In this document: one piece after another, positions 37,844-47,331 of the stretch | Numbering within the stretch: position 1 is the stretch's first letter | Layout of the letters: each line of letters starts with the position of its first letter | Assembly (NCBI GenBank): GCA_964541375.1 | Contig: CAZIPT010000003.1 | Location: 1 to 61,777 of the forward strand | Direction: 5' to 3' | From: an uncultured Eubacteriales bacterium | Lineage (GTDB): Bacteria > Actinomycetota > Coriobacteriia > Anaerosomatales > JAAXUF01 | Length of the DNA stretch: 61,777 nucleotides | Position numbers and translations under genes: made by a program | Notes under the pieces: generated by a model | What the model was told of the DNA's origin: nothing | Seen by the model: only the letters and a program-made list of their open reading frames with translations | Database searches by the model: none

Positions 37844-38851
37844 CTAGTGATCCCCTTTGTCCGGGACGGTCATGGTCCATCGAATGGTTACGGCGCCCCA
37901 TGTGAGGCCCGCGCCGAATCCGACCAGAGCGATGAGGTCGCCGGGCTGAAGTCGCCCGCTAGTATACAGGTCGTCCAGAGCAAGCGGGATCGATGCCGCC
38001 GACGTGTTGCCGGTGTTCTCCACGTTGGAGTAGACGCGCTCGTCGGCGATTCCCAAGCGCTCTTCAATGGTGTCCAGGATGCGCTTGTTCGCCTGATGAG
38101 GCACCAGCCAGGCAAGGTCAGCCACGCTGTTTCCCGTCGCCTCAAGAGCATGAACGGTGGCCTTGGGAATCTTGCGGACGGCGAACTTGTAGACTTCGTT
38201 GCCGTTCATACGGAGATACTGCTGGCGGTTGCGGATGCGCTCCTCGGTGCAAGGTGCCGCCGAGCCGCCTGCGGGCACTATGAGAAGGTCGCCACCGGCG
38301 CCATCTGCACCGAGCTCGATGGCTAGTACGCCCGCCTTCTCGGAGGCGCGAAGCACGACCGCTCCGGCACCGTCGCCGAATAGTACGCACGTCGCACGGT
38401 CGGTGAAGTCGACATGCCTTGTGAGCGCGTCCGCACCGATGACCAGCACCGTCTGGTGACGACCAGACTCGATGGCTGTGGTTCCCGCGTGTAAGGCGTA
38501 GATGAATCCCGAGCAGGCCGCATTGACGTCGTATGCGGGGCATTCCAGACCGAGTTTGGTTTGTGCAACACAAGCGGTCGATGGAAAGAGATAGTCCGGC
38601 GATGAGGTTCCGACGATCAACAGATCGACTTCGCTCGCGGACACGCCCGCGCATGCCAAAGCCCGCTCGGCAGCGCGTGCAGCCAGATCCGACGTGGCGT
38701 CATGGTCGTCAGCGATGTGACGCTCGCTGATCCCGGTGCGCGACATGATCCACTCGTCGGACGTGTCGACCATCCGTTCGAGATCCTTGTTCGTCAGGAC
38801 CTTCTCGGGCAGGTACGACCCGGTCCCGATGATGGTTGCGAAGGGTGACAT
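37844..38851 (-). CDS. fabH: 3-oxoacyl-ACP synthase III
   Basis: ORF 37844..38851-. ...GTGSYLPEKVLTN..., active-site Cys in NAACSGFIYAL, ...PHQANKRI..., GNTSAASIP. Confidence 0.93.
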   Translation of the reverse strand: MSPFATIIGTGSYLPEKVLTNKDLERMVDTSDEWIMSRTGISERHIADDHDATSDLAARAAERALACAGVSASEVDLLIVGTSSPDYLFPSTACVAQTKLGLECPAYDVNAACSGFIYALHAGTTAIESGRHQTVLVIGADALTRHVDFTDRATCVLFGDGAGAVVLRASEKAGVLAIELGADGAGGDLLIVPAGGSAAPCTEERIRNRQQYLRMNGNEVYKFAVRKIPKATVHALEATGNSVADLAWLVPHQANKRILDTIEERLGIADERVYSNVENTGNTSAASIPLALDDLYTSGRLQPGDLIALVGFGAGLTWGAVTIRWTMTVPDKGDH

Positions 38852-38969
38852 CAGTTGAGGCGCTTCCTTGTGTAGTGGTGCGTCGTGTCGAACTGCAAGA
38901 GCTGTTGGACAGGGTTTGCGTCGGCGAAGTGTACACGACCCGTGTCGGATAGATGAAGTACCGGGCGGT

Positions 38970-39971
38970 CTAGTTCTCGGAGACAGCGGCAGCGATCTGC
39001 TGCGTCAGTCCCCCACGCCCCGCCTGGGCCGCCACGCGGATAGCACTCGAGATGGCTGTGGCCTTAGATGACCCGTGCCCGATGATGCAGACACCGGCCA
39101 CCCCGAGAAGGGGCGCACCACCATACGTGTCAGGATCGAGCCGGCTGCGGAGCCGATTGAGCGCGGGTTTGAGCACCGCCGACGCCGCAGTGTTGATCGG
39201 CGTCGAGGTGATGGCGTCCTTGACCTGCCCCAACAGGATCTTGCTGGTTCCTTCTAGAACCTTGAGCACCACGTTGCCGGTGAACCCGTCAGTCACAATG
39301 ACATCCGAGACACCCGCCAGGACGTCGCGCCCCTCTACGTTACCGATGAAGTGCGGGATCCGCTCGGCCATCAATGCGTGAGCGTCCTGGGCAAGCTGCG
39401 ATCCCTTGCTTGGCTCCTCGCCGATGTTGAGTAGCGCGATGCGGGGGCCGATCACGCCCAACACGACGTTAGCGTATGCGGCGCCCATCTGCGCGAACTG
39501 AAGCAGGTTCTGCGGCTTGCAGTCAGCGTTTGCGCCGACGTCCAAGAGCACGCACGGTGGGCCCGCGGTGGGAACCACGGTGGCGATCGCCGGCCGATTC
39601 ACGCCCGGGATGCGCCCCATGATCAGCGTTGCCGCCGCCATCGCTGCGCCCGTGTTGCCCGCCGAGAAGAACGCGTCCGCACGCCCTTCCTTGACCAGCC
39701 GGGCGCCGACAACGATCGAGGAGTCCTTCTTGTTCCTCACGGCGCTCGCTGCATGCTCGTGCATCTCGATGATCTCGGCGCAGACGACCGGCTCCACTCG
39801 ATCCTGGTGCATGGCAGCGAAAGGCTCGACGACATCGGCCGGGCCCGTGAGCAGGACACGGAGCCCCGAGTCGGCCGAAAGCGCGGACGCGACGCCCACG
39901 AGAACCTCACCCGGAGCATTGTCGCCGCCGACTGCGTCAACGGCCACCGTCACGGGACGGCTATCTGACAT
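38970..39971 (-). CDS. plsX: Phosphate acyltransferase PlsX
   Basis: ORF 38970..40076- trimmed to the ATG at 39969-39971 (MSDSRPVTVAVDAVGGDNAPGEVL...). Confidence 0.92.
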   Translation of the reverse strand: MSDSRPVTVAVDAVGGDNAPGEVLVGVASALSADSGLRVLLTGPADVVEPFAAMHQDRVEPVVCAEIIEMHEHAASAVRNKKDSSIVVGARLVKEGRADAFFSAGNTGAAMAAATLIMGRIPGVNRPAIATVVPTAGPPCVLLDVGANADCKPQNLLQFAQMGAAYANVVLGVIGPRIALLNIGEEPSKGSQLAQDAHALMAERIPHFIGNVEGRDVLAGVSDVIVTDGFTGNVVLKVLEGTSKILLGQVKDAITSTPINTAASAVLKPALNRLRSRLDPDTYGGAPLLGVAGVCIIGHGSSKATAISSAIRVAAQAGRGGLTQQIAAAVSEN

Positions 39972-40066
39972 GTTGGCCCTCTCTCGATCACCAGTTGGTC
40001 TCCCGCGGCTTGCGCGGACATCCCGAAACGACGCAAAACGCCGACATTGACCAAATCGTTCAGAGC

Positions 40067-40075
40067 ATTCTAGCA
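40067..40075 (-). promoter_or_regulatory. Candidate extended -10 promoter element for plsX-fab operon
   Basis: Minus strand TGcTAGAAT about 95 nt upstream of the plsX ATG, just after the rpmF hairpin. Confidence 0.35.
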
Positions 40076-40098
40076 ACCATCAAATCCGAGAACGAAGC

Positions 40099-40132
40099 GG
40101 CCGACCCCACCCGAATGCCGGGTTGGTCGGCC
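40099..40132 (-). terminator. Hairpin downstream of rpmF (terminator candidate)
   Basis: Minus strand GGCCGACC-AA-CCCG-GCAUU-CGGG-UGG-GGUCGGCC (8+4 bp), followed by GCUUCGUUCUC. Confidence 0.45.
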
Positions 40133-40211
40133 ACTGCAACTTGAAAGCCGTCTACGGAGCTTCGACTGCAACCATCTGCTGGTCCCGCACATCGAAGCGT
40201 GTCTCGCCGCA

Positions 40212-40388
40212 CTACTCGGTATCGATGACCTCGCGGTCCTTGTAGAAGCCGCACGTCGGGCAGACCCGATGCGGCAGCTTGACCTCGTGGCACTGCGGAC
40301 ACGTGGACTTGGCCGGCGCGGTCAACACGCTCGATGAGCGGCGACTATGGGTCTTCATTCGGCCGGTCTTGCGCTTCGGTACTGCCAT
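40212..40388 (-). CDS. rpmF: 50S ribosomal protein L32 (zinc-ribbon type)
   Basis: ORF 40212..40409- trimmed to the ATG at 40386-40388 (MAVPKRKTGRMKTHSRR...). CPQC...CPTC cysteines. Confidence 0.92.
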   Translation of the reverse strand: MAVPKRKTGRMKTHSRRSSSVLTAPAKSTCPQCHEVKLPHRVCPTCGFYKDREVIDTE

Positions 40389-40477
40389 TGGAGCCGTTCC
40401 TTCCGTCAATGCGCCACATCACGCCAGCGCTCATCGTATCAACACGGTTCGGCGACCCTACGGCCGCACGAACAAAA

Positions 40478-40486
40478 ATGATAGCA
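40478..40486 (-). promoter_or_regulatory. Candidate extended -10 promoter element for rpmF
   Basis: Minus strand TGcTATCAT about 90 nt upstream of the rpmF ATG. Confidence 0.35.
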
Positions 40487-40550
40487 CGCGTCTGCGCGGT
40501 TGGGTAGAAGAATCGCCGGGCCTATCCGGAATCAACCGAACCGCGCGATG

Positions 40551-41096
40551 CTACGGCGCCTCACTTGCCGCCTCATCCTCAAGAAGCACCCCAAGAGCCG
40601 CGAACGGGTGGTCATTATCTGTGCCGGAGGTGCAAGCGCAGGGTCCCGCATTCAGATCGGCCCCACAGGTCGCGCAAAGCCCGGCACATTCTTCGTCGTG
40701 TACCGGTGCGAAGGGAGCCTCCAACACCAACGCGACCATCAACGAAGGGAGTACGTCGACGATTCCGTCGGCGCCAAGAAGTTCGTAGTCCTGATCCTCG
40801 GGAATGCCATCTTCCTTGCCCGGTTCGACGTAGAACCCGTCCACTTCGCCCTCGATCGAGAACGGGAACTCGCATAGACAGCGGGAGCACGTCCCTACCA
40901 CGTCGGCCACGACTCGTCCACCGCTCACCACGCTGGTGCCGGTGTGGGTGAGCCAGATGTCGAACCGCGCCGGCGACTGGAGTACAAAGATCTCGTCGCC
41001 TACTTGCAGCTTGTCGAGCGGAAACACGTCGGAGACCTCGATGGTGGCGCCGAGGTCGTCGAGGATAGAGGTCAGATTGACCAGGTAGTTGTCCAT
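40551..41096 (-). CDS. yceD: YceD/DUF177 family protein (large-subunit ribosome accumulation protein)
   Basis: ORF 40551..41096-. CSRCLCEF ... CAGLCATCGADLNAGPCAC cysteine pattern. Conserved position upstream of rpmF. Confidence 0.85.
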   Translation of the reverse strand: MDNYLVNLTSILDDLGATIEVSDVFPLDKLQVGDEIFVLQSPARFDIWLTHTGTSVVSGGRVVADVVGTCSRCLCEFPFSIEGEVDGFYVEPGKEDGIPEDQDYELLGADGIVDVLPSLMVALVLEAPFAPVHDEECAGLCATCGADLNAGPCACTSGTDNDHPFAALGVLLEDEAASEAP

Positions 41097-41122
41097 GGGG
41101 ACTGCCGTACTCTCCTGAAAGG

Positions 41123-41584
41123 CTACTGCCGCTGCCCGCCGACTTTGCCCTGAAGACGGTCACGTCCACGCTGAACTGCGGTCAGTAGCTTGCCGAGGTT
41201 GACCTCGAGGTTGGCGAGCATCTCGTCGGCGTAGTCCTCGGCGCCGAGCCGTACCTCTCGCTCTTGGGTGCGCGCTTTGTCCATGATGTCGGCGGCCTGT
41301 GCCTCGGCGAGCCGGACCACTTCCGTCTCGTTGGCAAGCGCCTGTGCGCGATCGCGAGCGTCCTCCAGGATGCGGTTGGCCTCCTTCTCGGCCTCTTCCA
41401 GCATCTCCTGACGCTCCTTGACGATCCAGCGAGCCTGCTTCAGCTCATCGGGATACTGCGCGCGTATCTCGTCGATGATCTCGTAGACCTTGTCCGGGTC
41501 GACCATCTTGTTGCTTGAGAACGGGACTGTACGTGCGTTGTCCACGATCTCTTCAACTCGGTCGATCAGGGCCATGATATCCAT
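41123..41584 (-). CDS. Coiled-coil protein, DivIVA-related/SepIVA-like (often mis-annotated ATP synthase subunit b-like); function uncertain
   Basis: ORF 41123..41584-, GGGAGG SD. Charged heptad-rich sequence: ALIDRVEEIVDNARTVPFS...EIIDEIRAQYPDELKQARW...EAEKEANRILEDARDRAQ...YADEMLANLEVNLGKLLTAVQRGRDRLQ. Sits next to yceD, as mycobacterial SepIVA does; this comparison is from memory. Confidence 0.45.
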   Translation of the reverse strand: MDIMALIDRVEEIVDNARTVPFSSNKMVDPDKVYEIIDEIRAQYPDELKQARWIVKERQEMLEEAEKEANRILEDARDRAQALANETEVVRLAEAQAADIMDKARTQEREVRLGAEDYADEMLANLEVNLGKLLTAVQRGRDRLQGKVGGQRQ

Positions 41585-41596
41585 GAAACAGCCTCC

Positions 41597-42091
41597 CTAA
41601 CGGGCTTCATTCACTTTGCGCTCGAGCGCATCACACACCACGTCGGGCACCAGGCCCCGAACCGCCCCGCCGTGCCAGGCGATCTCCCTTACTGCAGAAG
41701 AACTCAAGTACATGTACTCCGGTATCGCCATGATGAACATGGTCTCAATCTTTGAATCCAGGCGCCAGTTCAAAGCGGCCATCTGGAACTCAAGCTCGAA
41801 GTCCGTGACGACGCGAAGTCCCTTGATTATGACCGATGCGCCCACTTGTTCCGCAAAGTTAACCAACAGGGTATCAAAAGGCCGCACCGTCACGTTGGGA
41901 AGATGCGCCGTAGCCCGCTGAACAAGGTCGACTCGCTCGTCGATTGTGAATAGCGGTCCGCTGCCGTTCTTCTTCTCGGACTGCGCTACTCCGACCACGA
42001 GTTCGTCGAAGATGCCTGCCGCTCGCTCGATGATGTCGAGGTGCCCGGAAGTGATCGGGTCGAAGGTTCCCGGAACGATGCCCCGCTTCAC
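41597..42091 (-). CDS. coaD: Phosphopantetheine adenylyltransferase
   Basis: ORF 41597..42181- trimmed to the GTG at 42089-42091 (VKRGIVPGTFDPITSGHLDIIERA...), which gives a GTGA overlap with the rsmD stop. Confidence 0.92.
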   Translation of the reverse strand: MKRGIVPGTFDPITSGHLDIIERAAGIFDELVVGVAQSEKKNGSGPLFTIDERVDLVQRATAHLPNVTVRPFDTLLVNFAEQVGASVIIKGLRVVTDFELEFQMAALNWRLDSKIETMFIMAIPEYMYLSSSAVREIAWHGGAVRGLVPDVVCDALERKVNEAR

Positions 42092-42672
42092 GAGATCCCC
42101 TCCCCCTCTCGATAGACCGCAATGTCGATTCCGGTGGAACCGTACTTCTTGCGGACCCTGAGTTCGAACCCTGACGGCCACTCGACGGTAGTCCCGCGTG
42201 CGTACTCGTAGACCACCGTTGCGCCGTCTTCAAGCCGTCCTCTTCGCGCAAGTGCCGAGGTCAATCCCTCAATATCGCACCACGCAAGTCTATACGGAGG
42301 GTCGAGGAGAAGCAACGAGAAGCGGGGGCCTGGAAGCACGCCTCTGTCGGCGAGTGAGAGTACGTCACCCTGCACGATGCGCGCCTGTCCCTGGGCTCCA
42401 AGGGAGTCGAGATTCGCCCTCAGGGTGCGCAGGGCCTCGCGGTCGTTGTCCACGAAGGTCGCGCTCACACAGCCCCTAGAGAGCGCCTCGATACCCAGTG
42501 CACCGCTGCCGGCGAACGCGTCTAAGACAGTGCCGCCACCCAGATCAGCTCCAAGCTGCGACGCGAGCGCCGAGAAGAGTGACTCCCGCACCCGGTCGGT
42601 GGTCGGACGGGTGCGGTCGCCCTTGGGCGCCACCAGCGTGCGGCCCCGATAGACGCCCGCGACTACTCTCAC
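42088..42672 (-). CDS. rsmD: 16S rRNA (guanine966-N2)-methyltransferase RsmD
   Basis: ORF 42088..42693-. The likely start is the GTG at 42670-42672 (VRVVAGVYRGRTL...), in a GTGA overlap with the recG stop. LDAFAGSGALG and LLLDPPY motifs. Confidence 0.88.
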   Translation of the reverse strand: MRVVAGVYRGRTLVAPKGDRTRPTTDRVRESLFSALASQLGADLGGGTVLDAFAGSGALGIEALSRGCVSATFVDNDREALRTLRANLDSLGAQGQARIVQGDVLSLADRGVLPGPRFSLLLLDPPYRLAWCDIEGLTSALARRGRLEDGATVVYEYARGTTVEWPSGFELRVRKKYGSTGIDIAVYREGEGIS

Positions 42673-44783
42673 CCGCTGCTCACCCACTCCCAAGCTGCGG
42701 CGTACGTGCGCTTTAGCTCCGCCAGCAGCGGTCCGTGCTCGCGAGAGGTCAGGTGAGGGTCGCCTTCGACCAGGATCCCGGCATCGACGCGAGCGAGCTC
42801 GATCAGCTCGCCATCGGTGATGACCGATGCCAGCCGTAGTGCCGGCAGACCGTGCTGCCTGTCGCCCAGGACCTGCCCCTCCCCCCGCAGCCGCAGGTCG
42901 ATCTCGGCGAGTTCGAATCCGTCGTTCGTCCCGACGACGGCTTCCATGCGCTGGCGCACTTCAGCGCTCTTGGCCTCGGCTAGGAGATAGACCTCACCGG
43001 GAACGTCACCGCGCCCGACCCTGCCACGCAGCTGGTGTAGCTGCGCGAGGCCAAATCTCTCGGCATTCTCGATGATCATCACCGAGGCGTTGGGGACGTC
43101 CACTCCGACCTCGATGACGGTGGTGGCGACCAGCACATCGATCTCGCTGCTCCGGAAGTCCCGCATCACGCGGGTCTTCTCGGCTCCCCGCATCCGGCCC
43201 GTCAGTAGCCCCACCCGCAACTCCGAGAAGACCTTGGTGCTCAGCCTTTCGAATTCCCGGGTCGCCGCGCGAGCCTCGGCGGACTCTGACTCGTCCACCA
43301 ACGCGCACACGACGTACCCCTGCTGTCCGTCACGCACCGCCTCACGCAGGCGCTCGTACGCTCCGTCGCGCTCAGACGGCTTCACGAGCGTGGTCTTGAC
43401 GCCAAGGCGATGCCGGGGTCGAGTCCTCAGGTAGGAGGCGGCAAGATCGCCGTACATCGTGAGCGCGAGCGACCGGGGAATCGGGGTGGCCGTCATCACG
43501 AGCAGGTCCGGTGCCGCACCTTTCCCACGCAGCCCAAGCCGCTGGTTCACGCCGAAACGATGCTGCTCGTCAACGAGAACCAGCGTGAGGCGTCTGAACT
43601 CGACCGACTCCTCAAGCAGCGCGTGGGTCCCGAAGATCACTTGCAGGGTACCGTCGCCCAGAAGGCGCAGGAGCTCCCGGCGCTCAGCAGCCGGCGTTGA
43701 GCCGGTCAGGAGCCCCCATCGGATCTGGGCCGCGTCCAGCAAAGGCCCGAGCGCTCCGACGTACTGGTTGGCCAGCACCTCGGTCGGCGCCATCATGGCC
43801 GCCTGCGCGCCGGCGTCAGCCGCAACAGCAAGTGCGTGGGCGGCGACCAGCGTCTTGCCCGTTCCAACGTCACCCAGAAGCATCCGGTTCATGGGATGCG
43901 GGTCATGCATATCGGCGAGAATCTCGGCGGTCGCAGACACCTGGTCGGCTGTGAGTTCGAACGGTACCGCCTCTTGGAGTCGCGCGAGCGCCGGGCCGTC
44001 TACCGGATGCGCGACGCCGGCGTGTTCGCGCGTGAGCGAGTGGCGGCGCAGAGCCATGTACAGCTGTAGCTGCAGGATCTCATCGTAGGCAAGGCGGTGC
44101 CGAGCCTCTTCGGCCTCCTCGATCGTATTCGGGAACTGGATGCGCTTGAGGGCGGCCCCCAAGGGCATCAGACCGCGGCGCCGCCGAAGAGCTGACGGAA
44201 GGTGGTCGGGAACGTCGGCGAAGTCGTCCACGGACGATGCAACAAGACGTCTCAACCAGTTGGTGGAGAGCCCCTCAGACGTGCGGTGCACCGGGATGAT
44301 CCGGGCGGACGCGGCCTCGCCGGCCTCGCCTTCCGGCAACTTCTCGACGAACGGGGCCCTGATCTGCTTAAGGCCGAAGTCCAGTACCACCTTCCCCGAG
44401 AACGCGACCCTGTCTCCCGCCGAGAACCTCTGTTGGATGTAGGGCTGGTTGAACCACACACCGATCAAGACGCCGGTACCGTCCACGATCGAAACCTCGG
44501 TTATGGTCAACCGAGGGCGGGGCTTCTTCACCTTGACTTCGTGAACGCGCCCGACAACAGTCGCGTCAAAACCGGCTTTCACCTCGGCGAGCGAGGCTAT
44601 GTGCGTCAGATCCAGGTACCTGAAGGGATAGTGGCGCACCATGTCGCCTACGGTCTCGACACCCAGTTTGCCCAGCGCTGTCGCGCGCGCCTTGTCCACG
44701 AACCTGGCCTCAGAGACCGGCAGCCTGTGTGCTGCGAGTCTTTCACACCGGGAGTGAGTCGCGTGCGCGGAGACCGCGGGCAT
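42669..44783 (-). CDS. recG: ATP-dependent DNA helicase RecG
   Basis: ORF 42669..44822-, whose track start is a TTG. I prefer the ATG at 44781-44783 (MPAVSAH...), but the start is uncertain. Wedge domain, GDVGTGKT, DEQHRFG, QLHQLRGRVGRG. Confidence 0.9.
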   Translation of the reverse strand: MPAVSAHATHSRCERLAAHRLPVSEARFVDKARATALGKLGVETVGDMVRHYPFRYLDLTHIASLAEVKAGFDATVVGRVHEVKVKKPRPRLTITEVSIVDGTGVLIGVWFNQPYIQQRFSAGDRVAFSGKVVLDFGLKQIRAPFVEKLPEGEAGEAASARIIPVHRTSEGLSTNWLRRLVASSVDDFADVPDHLPSALRRRRGLMPLGAALKRIQFPNTIEEAEEARHRLAYDEILQLQLYMALRRHSLTREHAGVAHPVDGPALARLQEAVPFELTADQVSATAEILADMHDPHPMNRMLLGDVGTGKTLVAAHALAVAADAGAQAAMMAPTEVLANQYVGALGPLLDAAQIRWGLLTGSTPAAERRELLRLLGDGTLQVIFGTHALLEESVEFRRLTLVLVDEQHRFGVNQRLGLRGKGAAPDLLVMTATPIPRSLALTMYGDLAASYLRTRPRHRLGVKTTLVKPSERDGAYERLREAVRDGQQGYVVCALVDESESAEARAATREFERLSTKVFSELRVGLLTGRMRGAEKTRVMRDFRSSEIDVLVATTVIEVGVDVPNASVMIIENAERFGLAQLHQLRGRVGRGDVPGEVYLLAEAKSAEVRQRMEAVVGTNDGFELAEIDLRLRGEGQVLGDRQHGLPALRLASVITDGELIELARVDAGILVEGDPHLTSREHGPLLAELKRTYAAAWEWVSSG

Positions 44784-44793
44784 CTCGCCGAGC

Positions 44794-45648
44794 CTAGCCG
44801 ATTGGATAGTATGTGACGCCAACGGCGCCGGGACCGGTGTAGACGCCGATCACGGCACCGATGACTCCGTGCGAATCGATCTCCACATCCGCACCGGCCG
44901 CGAGTATCGCCGCCTCGAGTTGCTCCACGTCGTCGGTTCGAGCGGCGTGCAGGAGGGCGATGCGGAGCCGGCCGTTTCTGCGCGAGTCTTCGGCGACGTG
45001 CTCGGCCAAAGCGGCAATGGCCTGAGCGCGCCCCCTGACCTTCTTGAACGGCTCGATTATGCCGTCGGAGTTCACCTCGAGCACCGGCTTGATGTTCAGG
45101 AGAGATGCGGCGAGCCCTGTCGCCTTTCCGGCCCGACCGCCCTTGACCAGGTAGTCGAGAGTGTCGAGCAGAAAGAACAGCCGAGTGTCGACGCCAACCT
45201 CGATAGCTCGCACCTCGATGGCGGCGGCATCCAGTCCGGCCGCACGCGCCTCAGCAGCGGCTTTCACGATCAGACCCGTACCCTGCGAAGCGGTCTTGCC
45301 GTTGACGCTGCGCACCGGCACCGGTGAGGTAGCGGCGGCCAGGTTCGCCGACTCAAACGTGCCCGAGAGCGCCGCCGACAACGTCACGACGACGATTTCT
45401 TCGCAGCCCTCACCACTCAGATCCTCATAAACCCTCGAGAAATCCGCCGGCGAGGGCTGAGATGTCGTCGGGAGATCCCGGGCCGCGGCCAACATGGGGT
45501 AGAACTCGTCGGGTCGCAGGTCGATCCAGTCCGCGAAGTGCCGGTCACCCATGTGGACGGTTAGCGGGACCATCCGAACGTCGAGTTCCGCCAGCTCCTC
45601 CGGACCCAGGTCGCAGGTGCTATCGGTCACGATTCCGACTCGCGGCAT
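44794..45648 (-). CDS. DegV family fatty-acid-binding protein (FakB-type)
   Basis: ORF 44794..45648-. MPRVGIVTDSTCDL... and ...TSQPSPADF... DegV signatures. Confidence 0.88.
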   Translation of the reverse strand: MPRVGIVTDSTCDLGPEELAELDVRMVPLTVHMGDRHFADWIDLRPDEFYPMLAAARDLPTTSQPSPADFSRVYEDLSGEGCEEIVVVTLSAALSGTFESANLAAATSPVPVRSVNGKTASQGTGLIVKAAAEARAAGLDAAAIEVRAIEVGVDTRLFFLLDTLDYLVKGGRAGKATGLAASLLNIKPVLEVNSDGIIEPFKKVRGRAQAIAALAEHVAEDSRRNGRLRIALLHAARTDDVEQLEAAILAAGADVEIDSHGVIGAVIGVYTGPGAVGVTYYPIG

Positions 45649-45678
45649 TGAAACTCCTCAGTAGTGATGAGCCGCGGA

Positions 45679-47313
45679 CTATTCCGCAGACATGATGATC
45701 GGGTACAGCGGCTGCTCTCCCCGGTGTGTTTCGATCTCGACCTTGGGATGGCGAGCGCCTATCGTTCGAGCCAGTTCGGCGAGCGATTCGTCATCGTAGC
45801 TCTCGCCCGCGAGAATAGTCAGCGTCTCGAAGCCATCAGCCAACAACAGGTCGGCGAGCCCGGCGGCGACTCGATCGACGTCATCGCCCACGACCTCGAT
45901 CTCGTGATCGCTGATGCCGATCACCTGCCCCGCAAGGATGTCGCCGACCTTGCCCTTCGCGTCCTTGATCGCGGTAGTCACCTCACCAGAACGCACCGTC
46001 CCGGCCGCCTCCGTCATCGCCGCAACGACTGCGTCGAGGTCATCCCCGCCGTCGAAGGCGAGCATCGCCGAGAACGACTGCGGAACCGCGGTGGTGGGAA
46101 CCACGGCCACTGGCTTGGAAGCCACGCCCGCAGCAGCCGTCGCCGCCATGATGATGTTCTTGTTGTTGGGAAGAATGACGACCTTCTCGGCGGGAACCTG
46201 GGTGACGGCATCGGCCAGGTCCTGCGTGGAAGGATTCATGGTCTGGCCACCGCTGACGACGACGTCGACTCCGAGCGACTCCAGGATCGAGGCGATTCCG
46301 GATCCGGCGGCAACTGCCACAAAGCCGATGGGCTTTGCGGGCTCGACGGGCGCCATCTCCCGTCCTGTGCCCGACCGCTCGGCAGCGAGGAGCTCGTCGC
46401 GCGCCTGTGACTGTCGGTGCATGTTGTGAATGTGGACGTCGGAGACTTCGCCCAGAGAGGTCATGTACGTCAGGACTGAGCCCGGCTCGTTGGTGTGCAC
46501 GTGAACCTTGAACTCGCCGTCCGACCCCACCACGAGTTCGCTGCCGCCTACCGAGGCGACGTAGTCATGGACGTTGCTCTCGTCGATGCCGTCCCCGAAG
46601 AGCAGGAACTCGGTGCAATACAAGAACTCGTCGTCGTCCCAGTCGTCAATCGGCTCGACCGAGAGTAGTGGCGCTTCCGCAGAGGAGACATCGGCGATCG
46701 CGACTTCCTGGCCCGTGGCGCTCGCGATGAAACCCTCGATCAGAATCGCGAGGCCGAAGCCTCCGGCGTCAACGACGCCGTTCTCCTTGAGCACGGGGAG
46801 CAGTTCCGGGGTTCGCTTGACCGACTCGAACGCGCTTGCGCTGACCTTCGCGAGCAGGTCGTTCATGCTGAGACCATCGTCGGCGCCCTCACGGGCCGCT
46901 TCGGCTGTGTCGCGCAGGACGGTGAGGATGGTGCCCTCCACGGGCTTGCGCACCGCCTGGAAGGCCACGACCACGGCGCGCTCAAGCGCGTCGGCGACCG
47001 TCTCGGACCCAACCGTTTCAGCGCCGTCGATGCCTTCGCAGACACCTCTCAAGATCTGACTGAGGATGACTCCCGAGTTGCCGCGTGCGCCCATGAGAGA
47101 GCCATGAGTGACAGCTCTGCACACGGCGGCCACGTCCGAATCGCCGGCAAGCTGAGAGACTTCGGAGACGACGACATCCATGGTGAGGGACATGTTGGTG
47201 CCGGTGTCGCCGTCGGGCACGGGAAACACGTTGAGCTTGTTGACCTCGTCTTTGCGCTCCTTGAGCGCATGAGCGGCAGCGGCGATGTGTCTAGCATAGG
47301 GGGCTGTGGGCAC
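45679..47313 (-). CDS. DAK2-domain protein YloV/FakA-type (fatty acid kinase catalytic subunit candidate)
   Basis: ORF 45679..47313-. LNVFPVPDGDTGTNM Dak2 motif and a DegV-like C-terminal half. Asp23-YloV-DegV arrangement as in Firmicutes. Confidence 0.85.
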   Translation of the reverse strand: MPTAPYARHIAAAAHALKERKDEVNKLNVFPVPDGDTGTNMSLTMDVVVSEVSQLAGDSDVAAVCRAVTHGSLMGARGNSGVILSQILRGVCEGIDGAETVGSETVADALERAVVVAFQAVRKPVEGTILTVLRDTAEAAREGADDGLSMNDLLAKVSASAFESVKRTPELLPVLKENGVVDAGGFGLAILIEGFIASATGQEVAIADVSSAEAPLLSVEPIDDWDDDEFLYCTEFLLFGDGIDESNVHDYVASVGGSELVVGSDGEFKVHVHTNEPGSVLTYMTSLGEVSDVHIHNMHRQSQARDELLAAERSGTGREMAPVEPAKPIGFVAVAAGSGIASILESLGVDVVVSGGQTMNPSTQDLADAVTQVPAEKVVILPNNKNIIMAATAAAGVASKPVAVVPTTAVPQSFSAMLAFDGGDDLDAVVAAMTEAAGTVRSGEVTTAIKDAKGKVGDILAGQVIGISDHEIEVVGDDVDRVAAGLADLLLADGFETLTILAGESYDDESLAELARTIGARHPKVEIETHRGEQPLYPIIMSAE

Positions 47314-47331
47314 GGGGGCTGCTCCGAGTCG

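Noticed and set aside
40060-40302. 80-aa minus-strand ORF spanning the rpmF-plsX spacer and the rpmF 3' end
   Set aside because: It overlaps rpmF out of frame and the predicted rpmF terminator hairpin. It has no SD and a composition typical of spurious GC-rich ORFs.
42160-42172. GAGTTCGAACCCT, reminiscent of a tRNA T-arm
   Set aside because: It lies inside the rsmD coding frame. There is no acceptor, D-arm or anticodon-arm complementarity around it.
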